Assembly (NCBI RefSeq): GCF_030028105.1
Contig: NC_092375.1
Location: 128,491,035 to 128,555,034, forward strand
Reading direction: 5' to 3'
Length of the DNA: 64,000 nt
DNA from: Mobula birostris
Lineage: Eukaryota
The notes under the pieces are model-generated. The model searched no databases and was not told the origin of the DNA. It worked only from the letters and a program-made list of their open reading frames with translations. How positions within the stretch are numbered: position 1 is the first letter of the stretch; each line of letters opens with the position of its first letter. The position numbers and the translations under genes were made by a program. Below are positions 1-12,897 of this stretch, piece by piece.

Positions 1-349
1 CAGGAGATCCAAAGCAACACAGAGGAACTTAGCAGGTCAGGCAGCATCCTTGGAAATGAATAAACAGTCGATGTTTCGGGCCAAGACCCTGCCTCAGGAC
101 ACAACAGTCAACATTTCGGGAATTGAACACAATACAGATGTTATGCCTCAGTTTCATGGGGCATTGGCAAGTTCACATCTGGAGAGAGACGCAGGACAAG
201 TCTGCTTATTTAAAGAAGGATATTAACAGCTTTGGGGCATACAGGATAATATTTATTCGACTAATAGCTGGAATGGGTGGGTTACTGAGGAAAAGGTAGA
301 CAGGCTAAGCTTGTATCTGATGTAAATTTGAAGAGTGGGAAATTTGAAG

Positions 350-2210
350 GGTAACAAATCAGCATATAGGAGAGAGGTAGAAAATCTGGCTCAGTGGTGT
401 CACAACAGCAACTGCTTACTCAATGTCAGCAACACCTAGGAGTTGATTATAGACTTCAGGAGGAAACCAGAGGTCCATGAGCCATTCCTCGTCGAGGGAT
501 CAAAGGAGGAGAGAGTTAGCAAAGGTGGAGAAATTATTTCAGCGAACCTGCCCTGGGTCCAGCACGCAAGTGCAATTACGAAGAAAGCACAGCAGCACCT
601 CTACTTCCTTAGGAGTTTGGCATAATTCAGAATGAATTCCTGCCTCAGCAAGGATCTGGACCCATCACAATTTGCCTATCGCCACAATAGGTCAGCAGTA
701 GATGTAATCTCAGTGGCTCTTCACATGGCTTTAGACCACCTGGACAACACAAACACCCATGTCAGGATGCTGTTCATCAACTATAGCTCAGCATTTAACA
801 CCATCACTCCCACAATCCTGATTGAGAAGCTGCAGAACCTGGGCCTCTGTACCTCCTCTGCAATTGGATCCAGACTTCTTAACCGGAAGACCACAATCTG
901 TGCAGATTGGTGATAACATCTCCTCTTCGTTGACAGTCAACACTGGTGCACATCAGCGGGTGTGTGCTTAGCCCACTGCTCTACTCTCTCTATATAACCA
1001 TGACTTTGTGGCTAGGCACAGCTCAAATGCCATCTAAAAATTTGCTGATGATGCAACCATTGCTGGTAGAATCTCAGGTGGTGACGAGAGGGCGTACAGG
1101 AGTGAGATATGCCAACTAGTGGAGAGGTGCCACAGCAACAACCTGGCACTCAATGTCAGTAAGACGGAGCTGATTGTGGACTTCAGAAAGGGTAAGACAA
1201 AGGAACACATACCAATCCTCATAGAGGGATCAGAAGTGGAGAGAGTGAGCAGTTTCAAGTTCCTGAGTGTCAAGGTCTCTGAAGATCTAACCTGGTCCCA
1301 ACATATTGATGTAGTTATAAAGAGGCAAGACAGCGACTATAATTCATTAGGAGTTAGAAGAGATTTGGTATGTCAACAAATACACTCAAAAACTTCTGTA
1401 GATGTACTGTGGAGAGCATTCTGACAGGCTGCATCACTGTCTGGTATGGGAGGGCTACTGCACAGGACCAAAAGAAGCTGCAGAGGATTGTAAATTTAGT
1501 CGGCTCTATCTTGGGTACTAGCTTACAAAGTACCAAGGACAGGCCGGCTGGTGGTGCAATGTCAACAGCGCCAGACCTGGGAGCGGAGGTTCCCGGGTTC
1601 GAAACCAGTCTGTTCTGTTCCAGAGTACGCTTTCCATCCGTGCCGGCTTGAGTGTCGAGATCGCAACTTGACCTCGTAACATAAAGGGAAAAATACTGCG
1701 AAAATGTCTGTGTGAGGAATGGCGTGCCACACAGTCTCTCTCTCTCGCTCCGCGCCTTGTAAAAAGCAATGAAAAAGTCATCATCACAGATGCACGCACA
1801 CGCCTAAAAGAAAAAAACAACAACAAAGTACCCAGGACATCTTCAAGGAGCGGTGTCTCTGAAAGGCAGCATCCATTATTAAGGACCTCTAGCACCCAAG
1901 GTTACCATCAGGTAGGAGGTACAGAAGTCTGAAGGCACACACTTATGATTCAGGAACAGCTTCTTCCCCTCTGCCATCCGATTCCTAAATGGACATTGAA
2001 CCCTTGGACACTACCTCACTTTTTAAATATATATTATTTCTGTTCTTTGCACGATTTTTAATCTATTCAGTATATGCACACTGTAATTGATTCATTTAAT
2101 ATTATCTTATTTTGGTTTTTTTCTTCTATATTATGTATTGCATTGAACTGTTGCTGCTGCTAGGTTAACAAATTTCACGACACATGCCAGTGATAATAAC
2201 CTGATTCGAA
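350..2210 (+). mobile_element. Rex1/Babar-type non-LTR retrotransposon fragments (RT and 3' end), degenerate
   Basis: Frameshifted RT peptides [12 protein letters not shown]...[39 protein letters not shown] and FCRCTVESILTGCITVWYG. Confidence 0.8.
1542..1822 (+). mobile_element. tRNA-derived SINE inserted in the LINE
   Basis: A box TGGTGCAATG, B box GGTTCGAAACC, A-rich tail; 17-bp TSD acaaagtac(a/c)aggaca-like at 1525-1541 and 1823-1839. Confidence 0.75.
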
Positions 2211-2247
2211 TTACATCTATAACTTTGACTGACTTCTATAGATGTGT

Positions 2248-2509
2248 TTATTAAAGTCTGTCACGAGCCTTGTGGCCCATCGGGCTGGAGCTTATGCCGG
2301 TTTCCGTGGCGTGAAGCGACTGAGAGTCCGAGACTCCCCCCCCCCATAAAGGACGCCAGTCTATTGCGAGGTTAACATTTTTGCCAGTACCTATTTTCAG
2401 CTGGGTGGACTGGAGCATTGTGTGGTCAAGGACACACACACTGCCTTGGCTGAGGCTCGAACCCACGACCTTCAGGTCGCTAGTCCAATGCCCTAACCAC
2501 TTGGCTACA
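2248..2509 (-). mobile_element. tRNA-derived SINE
   Basis: Minus-strand head TAGCCAAGTGG...GGTTCGAGCC; 13-bp TSD tctatagatgtgt at 2235-2247 and 2510-2522; same head as the copy at ~35330. Confidence 0.75.
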
Positions 2510-3101
2510 TCTATAGATGTGTGGTGAAGTATATTGACTAGCTACATCACAGCCTGGTATAGGAACACCAATGACCTTGAACAGAAAATCCTACAAAAAG
2601 TAGTGGATACGGCCCAGTCCATCATGGGTAAAACCCTCCCCACTACTGAGCACATCAACATGAAGTGTTGTTGTAGGAAAACAGCATCCATCATCAGAGA
2701 CCCCCAACCACCCAGTTCGTACTTTCTTCTTAATGTTGCCATCAGGAAGGTGGTACAGGAGCCTCAAGACTCTCACCACCAGGTTCAGACAGTTACTACC
2801 CCTCAACCATCAGGCTCCTGAACCAGAGGGGATAACTTCACGCCCCATCACTGAACTGTTCCCACAACCTATGGTCTCACTTTCAAAGACTCTTCATCTC
2901 ACGTTCTTAACATTTATTTGCTTATTTATTATTTTTTCTTTTGTATTTGCACTTCCTTTCAGCAGCATCACAACACAGAGCACGTGATAATATGTAAATA
3001 CTGTATACTTGTAAGAACATAATTAGAACAAAAAAATGTCCATTGCTGTGCACATTGTCACAGTGTAGCTAAACTGAGACAGATTAGTATTGATAAGAAC
3101 T

Positions 3102-3799
3102 CAATCCTTCCACTTCAACAAAATGGCTCCCCTAGCTATCAATGTAACAAATGCAATAACATGTTGGTCAGACACAGAAATACCATGAATATTTTGAGGA
3201 ATTATTCCAAAAAGCACAATTAACTTATTAGGTTGTAGATTAATTTTAAGTGCTTTAGAAATTATTGAAAAAACCGACTTCCAGAACTGTTCCAATATAG
3301 AACAAGACCAAAACATGTGTGTCAGTGTAGCTATCTCAGATGTACATCCATCACAATGACTACCAGCTCCCACTTTGTCACAATGGTTCTCTCAAGTGAT
3401 GCTATGTCTTAGTTTGGAGAAAATCAGAAGTCGAACCTTTGAACCTTTATTTGATTTTGAGAAAAGATGGGGCTCATTTGCTCGTTATCATCATTTGAGC
3501 TAATTGATAGATTTTTTTCCACGATCTAATTGTAAATTTTTTGGTATATTTTCTTTTCTTTCTGGCCGTTTGATGTTTATTTTTAGAAGCTTTTTGTATG
3601 ACGCATGGCTCCGGGGTTGTACACCTAATGTTTTTTTTTCCCTCACTTTATCTGCTTAGTAGGTTTTTTTTGTTATCACAAATTTTTTTTCAATCTTTAA
3701 GATAATGTATTTTTTGAGACATTGTAAGTGTTGTTACTTCAATGTACTCGTGTTATTTCTTTTGTATAATATAATAATAAAAAGATTTGAAAAGAAAGA
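3102..3799. mobile_element. 5'-inverted, truncated L1/Tx1-clade LINE (ORF2 C-terminus and 3'UTR)
   Basis: Minus part encodes C..C....TLTHMFWSC..L..FW...ILLKWKD; plus part from ~3361 continues PAPTLSQWFSQVMLCLSLEKIR; A-rich tail; TSD-like aagaact(c/g)aat at 3095 and 3800. Confidence 0.75.
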
Positions 3800-5559
3800 A
3801 AGAACTGAATGGTGAAATGGAAATAGCTGTTTTTGAACCTGGTGATGTAGGACTTCTGGCTTCTGCACTTCCTGCCTAATGGTAACTCTGAGATGATGAC
3901 ATGGCCAATGATGGGGATCTCTGGGCACCTAAATTCCCACTACTTTCTGTGTGTGGATTCCTTCCAGGCACCACTCTCGAACAACATGGCTCACAATGTG
4001 TTCTGCTCCTTGCTCATGCTTCCCAGTGCCAGAGGAAATGCAGCTAACACAAGCGAACAACCCAATCATTTAATTGTAATAATCACTCTCAAATCAATCA
4101 CTTCATAATATCCTCTACTCAATAGAAACATACATTCAACTTTTTACAATTGAACCTGTTTGGTCTTGGTATCAATTCCAGTCAACAATGGCTGCAGCTC
4201 CTCCAACACCAAACCAATTGTTCTCAAGATCCAGAATGCAGTGCCTCATACTTCAACAAGCTTCATTGGTTTGAGCCCACAAGGGCAATTTCTTGCAGCG
4301 ATGGCATGCTTGTCTTTACATCAGAAGACAGTGCATTTAAGTATCCTTTATGCTTCAAGCCGTTAAGGATGAAGGGTTTGTGTACTATTGTGTGGTGTGC
4401 CAGTAATATTCAAAGTAAATTTATTATCAAAGTACTGTACATATATCATGTACTATCCTGAGATTCATTTTCTTGCAGGCATTCACATTAGAATACAATA
4501 GAATCAATGAAAAACTATACACAAAGACTGACAACCAATGTGCAAAAGACAAACTGTAAACACAAAAGTAAACAACAAACAAATAAATAAATAAAACAGA
4601 AAATGAGTTGTAGACCCTTGAATATGAGTCTATAGGTTGTGGAATCAGTCCAGAGTTGAGGTGAGTGAAGTTGTTCATACTGGTTCAGGAGCCTGATGGT
4701 TGAAAGGTAATAACTGTTCCTGAATGTGATGTGAAACTTGGGTGTTTGTTTCAGTATGGAGTATTGAATAATCCAATTGCAGAGGTTAATGACTAAAGCT
4801 TTATGTTTTCCAAATCTTATTTCCTACCATTAGGAGTCCAGAACAAAAAGGCAACTTAACTCCAAAATGTCAGTAAGCATCTAAAACACTTCCTCATTCC
4901 AACTCAGAGGCTGAATGTGGCTTTTTGTGATATACATTAATGATCCATAAAGGCCAAAATTAAAAAAAAGAACTTTATTCATGGTACCAAACCTGTCATT
5001 GTGGTTGTTGATAAGGAAAGTTCTCGGTTGTAGGATAATGTTAATGCAATTCGGAAGAGTGATCCATATGTTATTTAGCCACTGAGTTATTCCTGTGTAG
5101 GTGGGTGCCGAAGAGAGTCATAGGGAAGTTAAAGTGCAAGTGTAAGGGAATAAGTTGCAAGGCCACAGGGAAACATTCTACCAAAGTGCATGAACAGACA
5201 CTTCCCTATTCTGTATTCCATATGCCACTTCCTTGCCCATTCTCCCAATCGATACAAGTCCTTCTGCAGATTCCCTGCTTCCTCAACCTACCTGCCCCTT
5301 CACCTACTTTCATATTATCTGCAAACTTTGCCACAAAGCCATCAATTCTATCATCCAGACCATTTACATATAACAAAATGTAGTGGGCCCAATTCTGACA
5401 TTTGTGGGGCACGACTAGTCATTGGGTGCCATTCTTATTCCCACTCTTTACCTCCTGCCAGTCAGCCAATCTTCTATCCATGCTAGTACCCTTCCTGTAA
5501 TACCATGGGCTCTCATCAAGCAGTAGTAAATCAAGGCAACTAGATTTGCCTTGTTGGCT

Positions 5560-5601
5560 AGAAGATGTTTCGCCACTCATCCGAGAGGCTTCTTCAGTTC
5601 T
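5560..5601 (-). ncRNA. Minimal type I hammerhead ribozyme motif (variant)
   Basis: AGAA-CTGAAGA-A-GCC..GGC-GAAAC-ATC-TTCT. Confidence 0.6.
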
Positions 5602-6019
5602 CATCTATGGGGGGTAGTTTTCTGGCTTATAAACTGAGTTGTTTAAAGGTATAGTAATCACGAGGGTCATTAAGAGTCATAGAGGTAATGAGGTTATTAG
5701 TCTTATCTTTGCTTCTTTCAAATGATGATAACAATGTGCACATTTTGAACAGGGAGGGCAGGCGGTTTGAAAGAGGTTAAAAAAGTCATCTTTGTCAAAC
5801 TGGAAAACCCATCCCTGAACGGAGGGGTGGAGCACGACACCACCTATCAGCTACTTACAATGCAGTCCCAACATCTCTACCCCAGTGTCTCCACGACAGT
5901 TCACATCTCCATTCATGCAAAGATTGATGACCCTCTCATTACCCCTAGGACTCTCATGTGATTGCTATACCGTTAAACAACTCAGAGTTTATAAGCCGGA
6001 AAACTACCCCCCATGGATC

Positions 6020-6061
6020 AGAACTGAAGAAACCTCTCGGATGAATGGTGAAACGTCTTCT
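6020..6061 (+). ncRNA. Minimal type I hammerhead ribozyme motif
   Basis: Stem I AGAA/TTCT, core CTGAAGA, stem II ACC..GGT, GAAA, palindromic ACGT, GTC cleavage triplet. Confidence 0.75.
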
Positions 6062-9000
6062 AGACAACACAGCAAATCCAGTTGCCTTGATTTACTACTG
6101 CTTGGTATACAATGTCCTGGATGACTGAGAACCTTCATAGACACTATGGGCTCTTATATCATGTGCAGCATCTTGACAAAAGTTTTCTGAAAATCCATGT
6201 AAACAACATCGCTTTTGCCTATCCTGTGTGTTACTTCCTCAAAGAATTTTAACAAATGCTAGGCAAGATCTCCATGCTGACTTCAGCCTATTTTATCATG
6301 AACCCTAATACTTCATCCTTAATAATGGACACTAAAATCTTACCAACCAATGAAGTCAGGCTAATTGGCCTATGAATTCCTGCCATTTGTCTCCGCCCCT
6401 TTCAAAGAGTGGACTAACATTTGAAATTTTGCAGTCTTCTGGAACCATCCCCTACTCCAGTGATTCTTGGAAGATCATTCCTAATGGCACCACAATCTCT
6501 TCAGCCACCTTTTTCAGAACCCTTGAGTAGTTCAAGTGGCTTAAACCTTCAGAACTTGCAGCTTCAAGCACTTTCTCCTTAGTAATTGCAACTACTCACT
6601 TCTGCTCCCAGACTCTTTTGAATTTCTGACATGTTGCTGGCGTCTGCTACAAATGTAAAATACTCAATCAGCTATGCTGCCACGTCTTTGTTCCCCATTA
6701 CTACTTCTCTAGTGTCATTTTCAAGCAGTGCGATACTGATTTGTCTCTCACTTATTCTTTATATAGCTGACAAACTTTTAGTACCCTCTCATTATTGGCT
6801 AGCTTAACTTTATATTCAGTCTTTTCTCCTCTTATTGTTTCTTTAGTTGCCTTCTATTGGTCTCCAAAAGCTTCCCAATCCTGCAGCTTCCCACCAATTT
6901 TGACTTCCGTTGTCAGCCACTGTTGCCTTGTCCTCCCTTTAGAACACTTATTTGCAATTAAATGATTCCTGGGTCTCCGAATTACTCCCAGATGATCTGC
7001 CATTGCTGCTCTACCATCATCCCTGCTAGTTACCCATCCATTCAACTTTGGCTAGCTCCCCTCATGTCTATGTAGTTACCTTTACTCAACTGTAATACAG
7101 ATTTTAGTTTCTCCCTCTCAAACTGCAAGATGAATTCTCCATATTATATTCGCTGCCTTCTAAGGGCTCCTTTACCTTAAGCTCCTTAATCATTACACAA
7201 CACCAAATCCAGAATCATCTTTTCCCCCAGTTCAAGTTTAATTATTATTCAATCATACATGAATACAGCCAAATGAAATAGCATTCCTCCAGGGCCAAGG
7301 TGCAGAATACATTAGCAACAGTCACACATAGCACAAAGCACATACAAGTTTTCAGTAAAATACAGTCACAAAAAAAATAAAGTCCAAGCCTTTGAGTCCA
7401 CAAACGTTGCAGAAATTTGCAGCCGAATACAACACAGCTGGTCTCCCATACATTTGGGGGGGGGGGGGGGGGGGGGGCGTGGCAGTACCAACTTCAGCTT
7501 GGATGCTGTGCCACGCTGCCTTCGGTGGAGGGCACCAACTCCAACACCTCCCTCTTGAGCGGCTGTAAACAGGCAACACTGCAGCTTGAAGCCTAGTCGT
7601 TGCTACGACCAAAGTCACGCCACTCCCCCACTGTCCACCAATAAATCAGTGAATCGGACTTGCAGCATTCCACATTAACGATGTCCAACAGGGTCTTACA
7701 ATCACAAGATAAGCGACTAAGATGATCACTTGCTGTTAGGCCTGCACACCAATACCCCCGATGCCTCTCTGACACAGAAGCAGTAAAAACCGCACCACCT
7801 CCAGCTCCTTCAGTTTCTCCCCCAATGAGCAACTCACTGATGGGGTAGACCTGCAGTACTCCAAGTTCTTAATGTCCAGCAGGGTCTTGCGATTGTAAAA
7901 AATATTTTCTAAAAAAAGGACAATAATACCTTTGGTTGACCCCGTAGAAGTAATTGAATGCACCGCCATCTTACCAGAAGATAGACTCAACCACAAGCTG
8001 CTCTAAAAAAAAACCGTCACATAGGCATTCTATAAATTTCTTCTCTTAGGATCTAGCACCAACCCAACTTCCCCAATTAATATAGCTGCATATGGAAATC
8101 CTCCATAATTATCATAATATTGCCCCTTTTTCCATCTCCCATTGCAATTTTTACGCCACACCTTGGCTACTGTTCAGGGGCCGGCATATAACACCTACCA
8201 GAGCCTTTTTTACCCCTCTAGTTCCTTAACTCTACCCACAAGGATTCTGCATCTTCTGATCCTATGTTATTTCTCACTAAGGATTTGATTTTTGTCTGCA
8301 GAGCCTGAAATATAAAATGACAATATAACACAACAGAAGATGCTGGAAATATTCAGCCAGTTAGGCTGCATCTGTGGGAAGAGAAGCAGAGCTAATTTTT
8401 CCAGGTTGAAGACATTTTGTCAGCCCAGTCAACCATCAGCCATGTCAGAAACCTGCAGATGTCCATAATGCTGCTTTGGTTGAGATCGCAGAACCAAAGT
8501 TCATACATTCCAGATCCACTGAATAACCCCTGTCAGGGTAACCCTCACGCAGGAAGGAGAAGGTTGGACAGATTTGGGCCGTTTTCTCTAGAGCATCAGG
8601 GGCTGAGGGGAGACCTGGTGAAGAGACAGAGACAGGGTGAGCGGTCTTTTCTGAGGTTGGAAGTGCTGGGTGGTGGAAGGCATGGGTTTGAGGCAAGAAG
8701 AGAAAAGTTTAAAATTTAATTATTTTTCTTTTAATAAACATGGTGAAGTTTACTCTCAGATGCACAACTCTGCATGCACAGGTGCACTGCCAGGGGGAGG
8801 TGGTATAAGCAGTATATAATGCAGTTCAATTAGCACAGAATCATAGATCAAAACGGCCTGTACCTTTGCTGTACTGTTCTACGTTCCATTCTCTTCCTAC
8901 TGATGTGTGCTGACCTCTGGTGATTAGTCCAATGACAGTGGCATTGGCTACACACTTTATAGTAAACACTGATGAACTGAACAGAATGTGTATAGAGCAA

Positions 9001-9129
9001 GCTTCAATGATTTTATGTATTGAAGCCCTGCACGTGTTTAAGGAGAACCTGCTGAGAAGATGCCAGAAATTTTTGGGAGACATCTCTTCCCCCAACATCA
9101 AGCTACAACATAATACTTAGAACACTTAC

Positions 9130-9160
9130 CATGCGTTGAACCTTAGTCACCCAACAGTTT
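9130..9160 (-). other. Candidate 31-nt exon of an unidentified minus-strand gene
   Basis: Acceptor CCTTTTGCTTTTTAAG and donor ATG|GTAAGT in non-repeat sequence. Confidence 0.4.
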
Positions 9161-9429
9161 CTTAAAAAGCAAAAGGTGCCTTTTTAAATGAACATTACTA
9201 AATAAGTTCTAAATAAATTGCACCCTTGTTGAATATTTATGTTATTTTCCTAAAACAGCTCACCAAATCCTATACTTGCATGTGATCACTGGTTATCTGA
9301 ATCCTGAATTATCTGACTGCCCTTTAATCTGAGGTTGTGCTTAAATAGTTGCTATAGAACCGGGACCCTACATGTCTATATCTGTATCAAACTGTGCACA
9401 TCATCATCAAACACTGGGAAAAACATTGA

Positions 9430-10170
9430 ATCTGATTTATTTATTTTCACTGACATATGTCATGAAAATTGTTGCAGCAGTACAATGCAAGACAAAAATT
9501 ACTACAAGTTACAAGAAATAAAGGAAGAGTGCAAAGGAGGAATAGCGAGGTCATGTTCATGGACTGTTCAGATATCTGATGGCAGAGGGGAAGAAGCTGG
9601 TCCTAAAACATTGAGTGTGGATCATCAGGCTCCTCCCTGCTGGTAGTAACATGAAGAAGGCATATCCCAGATGGTGAGGGCCTTTAACAATGAATGCAGC
9701 CTTCCTGAGGTACTGCCTTTTGAGGATGCTGTTGATGATGGAGAGGGTGTGATCATGATGGATCTGGCTGAATCTACAGCTCTTTGTAGATTCTTTTGAT
9801 CCTGCACATTGGAGCCCCCATACCAGGCTATAATGCAACCAGTAAGAATTTTTCTTCACTGTACATCTATAGAAATATGCTAGAGTCTTTGGTATCATAC
9901 TAAATCTCCTCAAACTCCTGATGAAGAATAGCTGCTTGCATGCCTTCTTCATGATTACATCAATACGTTGGGCCCAGGATATATCCTCTGAGATGCTGGC
10001 ACCCAGGAATTTGAAATTGCTCATCCTCTCCACTGTTGACCCCTCAATTAGCACTGGTGTGTGTTCTAACTTCCCCTTCCTGAAGTCCACAATCAATTCC
10101 ATGGTCCTACTGACATTATGCACAGAATCGTTCTTGCAACATCACTCAACCAGTCAGTCTGTCTCACTTC
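9430..10170 (-). mobile_element. Rex1/Babar LINE 3' fragment
   Basis: ORF 9557..10123: NVSRTMELIVDFRKG...FKFLG...LFFIRSLRRF...FYRCTV...SFFPSAIRYLN. Confidence 0.8.
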
Positions 10171-12043
10171 TGTCCTGGATCATGTACAAAAAAGATATTT
10201 TGTACATGGTAGAGCAGTGTAACCAAACATCTACAGTTCAGTCATAGGACCTTTCCCTGAAACAGTTCATAATGGGTTCAAGTTCCATTCCAGAGGCTTG
10301 ACTGCAAACTTAGGCCGAGACCATCATGTAGGGTTGGGAAGTTGTGCTCTGGCCAATATGTAACTAACCGCATGGATACAGATAATCTGGTTACTTTTAT
10401 ACTGCTGTGCCCAAACCAGCCCCATTGTTTACTACAAACACAAGAGATTCTGCAGATGCTGGAAATCCAGAACAACACACACAAAATGCTGGGGGAACTC
10501 AGCAGGTCAGGCAGCATCTCTGGTGAGGAATAAACAGTCAACGTTTTGGGCCAAGTCAAGTTTAGGCAGAGGGTTAATGGCGCCTAACAACGACTCCTTT
10601 GCTTTCATCTTCAGAACAGCTCTATTTTCATCTTTAATACCTCTTTTTCCCTTTCAGGGTTCTTTTGAAGACCCTGACCTGGAGTTACACACGGTTGGAA
10701 ACACAGAAAACCTACAGCACAATACAGGCCCTTCGGACCACAAAGCTGTGCCAAGCATGTCGTTACCTTAGAAATTACCTAGGGTTACCCATAGCCCTCT
10801 ATTTTTCTAAGCTCCAAGTACCTATCCAGGAGTCTCTTAAAAGACCCTATAGTTTCCATCTCCACCACCACCGCCGGCAGCCCATTCCACACACTCACCA
10901 CTCCCTGCATTACAAACTTACCCCTGACATCTCCTCTGTACCTAAAACAAGATCTACATAACTGAAACCCCCTTCATCCAGATTTTGGATAAATCGATTT
11001 TGGTTCTTTGCGGGAATGGGGCCCGCTCTCAGGGTTTCATGACTGGCCGTTGTTCAGCATGCCAAGGGCTCGGCCTAAGAGCTCTGCTTGCCTTCGGAGG
11101 ACTGAGTTTTCGTGGTTCTGGAGACGGGGGTGGGAAAATCGGAAGTCGGTGCCTGAGCAGAAGACAGGTGTGTTGTGGGAGATGGAAGATCTAAGGCTGT
11201 ATGCCCAGAGACCCGAGATCTTTAGGCACAGCGCTTGGAAAAAGCGATGCAATCGACTTTTAACATCGTAAACCAACAAATTGTTTGTTATGTCTCCCCT
11301 CTCGCAGTGAAACGGAGACACCTCTTTCTCCCTTATTAGGGGGAGAGAGAGAGAGCCTGGGGTATGTTGCATGCTGGGTGAACAATGTAGTCTTTGGAGT
11401 ACTGGTACTGCAAGTCCGTGTCTTCACTGTTGCCTTGCTCACGCTTGAGTGCTCGGTGGTGGGTGCCGATGCTTTTTATTTGCTGGGGAGGGGGGGGAAT
11501 GGGGGCAGGGTGGATCGTTGCTTGCTGCCACTTACGCGTGGGAGGGAGGGGAGCTGGGGGGGGGGAGATCTTTGGGGTTCTAACATTTAACTGTCATTCA
11601 TCCTTTGGGGACACTCCTCTGTTTTTGTGGTTGATTGCGAAGGAAAAGCATTTCAGGATGTATATTATATACATTTCTCTGACGTTAAATGTACCTTTGA
11701 AACCATAGATGCTACCTGACCTGCTGAGTTCCTCCAGCTTTTTGTGTCTTGTTCTAGTTGGGAGTACAAAAGGTAAATTTTACTGATGTCAATGCATAGA
11801 ATACAAAAATAACAAATTATAACCAATATTGAATAAAAATTACATTCTGGGAGTTGGAAGAAAATCCAATTTCCAAAGACATGTTCTTTCTGAAGCATAA
11901 ATTATAATCTTGGAAACAGAACAATAATGACAATATCCAGATGTGAGAAGTGAAAGCAACTGGGCTCCTGTGATTTATTTAAGTTATCAAAGCACAAAAG
12001 GTGGCCACTCACTCCATCAGATCCATGCTGTTTCCTAGCAGAA

Positions 12044-12897
12044 TAATCCCATCAGTCCCATTCTGCTTTCCCTTGGAGGCCTGTGACTCTCTCTCTTTCA
12101 TTTGGTCAGATAACCCACCAACGTGTGGGGGGTGAAGGTCACAGGAGCATTCTTTTCACAACGCCAACAATTATTTATTCGTCAGAACAAGAAAAAGATG
12201 GAGGTTTGTTTTTTTTTCAAAATTACATGATAATCCAGAGACATCCAGCGATTTCAAAGGCCATAAGTGCCATTACCTGTACAAATTTGTCCTCAAACCA
12301 AATATATTCCACAATACCAAATTACATGAAGCTAGAGCATGGGGAGAATAACAATGGTTGGGTGTAAAGGGGTGTATGATCGTCAGCATGCACGTGGTGA
12401 GCCAAACGGCTTGTATCCTTACTGTACGACTATACTTTCAATCTTTTCTCCCAATGTTTTGCTGAACGTTTTTCCTAAACTAGACTTCTGATGCCCCAAA
12501 GTTATTTTTTGCACCCCATGAAACATCTTTTGGGGGATCACAACATGGACGTGGCAGCATATAGATGCAATCCCTTTTCTTTGTTGGGATACAAATTCAA
12601 AGGCCAAAGTTTCATTGAGGTGCTCACATACATTATTAACAATGTAAATAACAAACTCACGGTCCTCCATTTATAACCTGCTTATACAATCAGACAGAAT
12701 CACACTGAATTGAGCACATGATAAAAAGCAATGTTGATCAAAATCCTGTAAACTGACCTGCAAAAGGGAGCATTTTACTTGGCTGCATTTCAAGGGTAAT
12801 CCCATCAGTCCCATCCTGCTTTCCCTTGTAGGTCTGTGACTTTCTCTCTTTCATTTGGCTAGATAACCCACCAATATGTGGTGGGTAAAGGTCACAG
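12044..12897 (+). repeat. Pair of 101-bp direct repeats (12044-12144 and 12797-12897)
   Basis: taatcccatcagtccca...ggtcacag occurs twice with scattered mismatches. Confidence 0.85.
12661..12757 (-). other. Candidate exon of unidentified gene (97 nt, or 17 nt from alternative acceptor at 12677)
   Basis: Acceptor CTCCCTTTTGCAG (or TATAAGCAG), donor ACC|GTGAGT, contains ATGGAGGACC. Confidence 0.4.

Larger units (their letters stand above)
5514..6145. mobile_element. Penelope-like element fragment with inverted pseudo-LTRs
   Basis: ~5516-5690 is the inverted counterpart of ~5930-6105. The middle decodes to a GIY-YIG C-terminus (NVHILNRE.R.FERG.K..IFVKLENPSLN.GG..HHLSATYNAV). 9-bp TSD atgggctct at 5505 and 6146. 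Confidence 0.8.
5190..7230 (-). mobile_element. CR1-clade LINE remnant (interrupted by a Penelope insertion)
   Basis: Peptide LDDRIDGFVAKFADNMKVG; CR1 ORF2-like sequence continues after 6150. Confidence 0.7.

Noticed and set aside
7456-7477. Long poly-G run (also poly-C at ~47998)
   Set aside because: Homopolymers inside TE remnants; no evidence of function and prone to sequencing error.
11900-11945. Minus-strand GYCHYC resembling the start of the ZDBF2/DBF4 zinc finger
   Set aside because: No following Y..L..H pattern, no basic residues before it, and no suitable donor; likely chance.
12661-12670. ATG GAG GAC resembling the GPR1 N-terminus (MED..)
   Set aside because: Wrong orientation for syntenic GPR1, followed by a splice donor, and no GPCR ORF.
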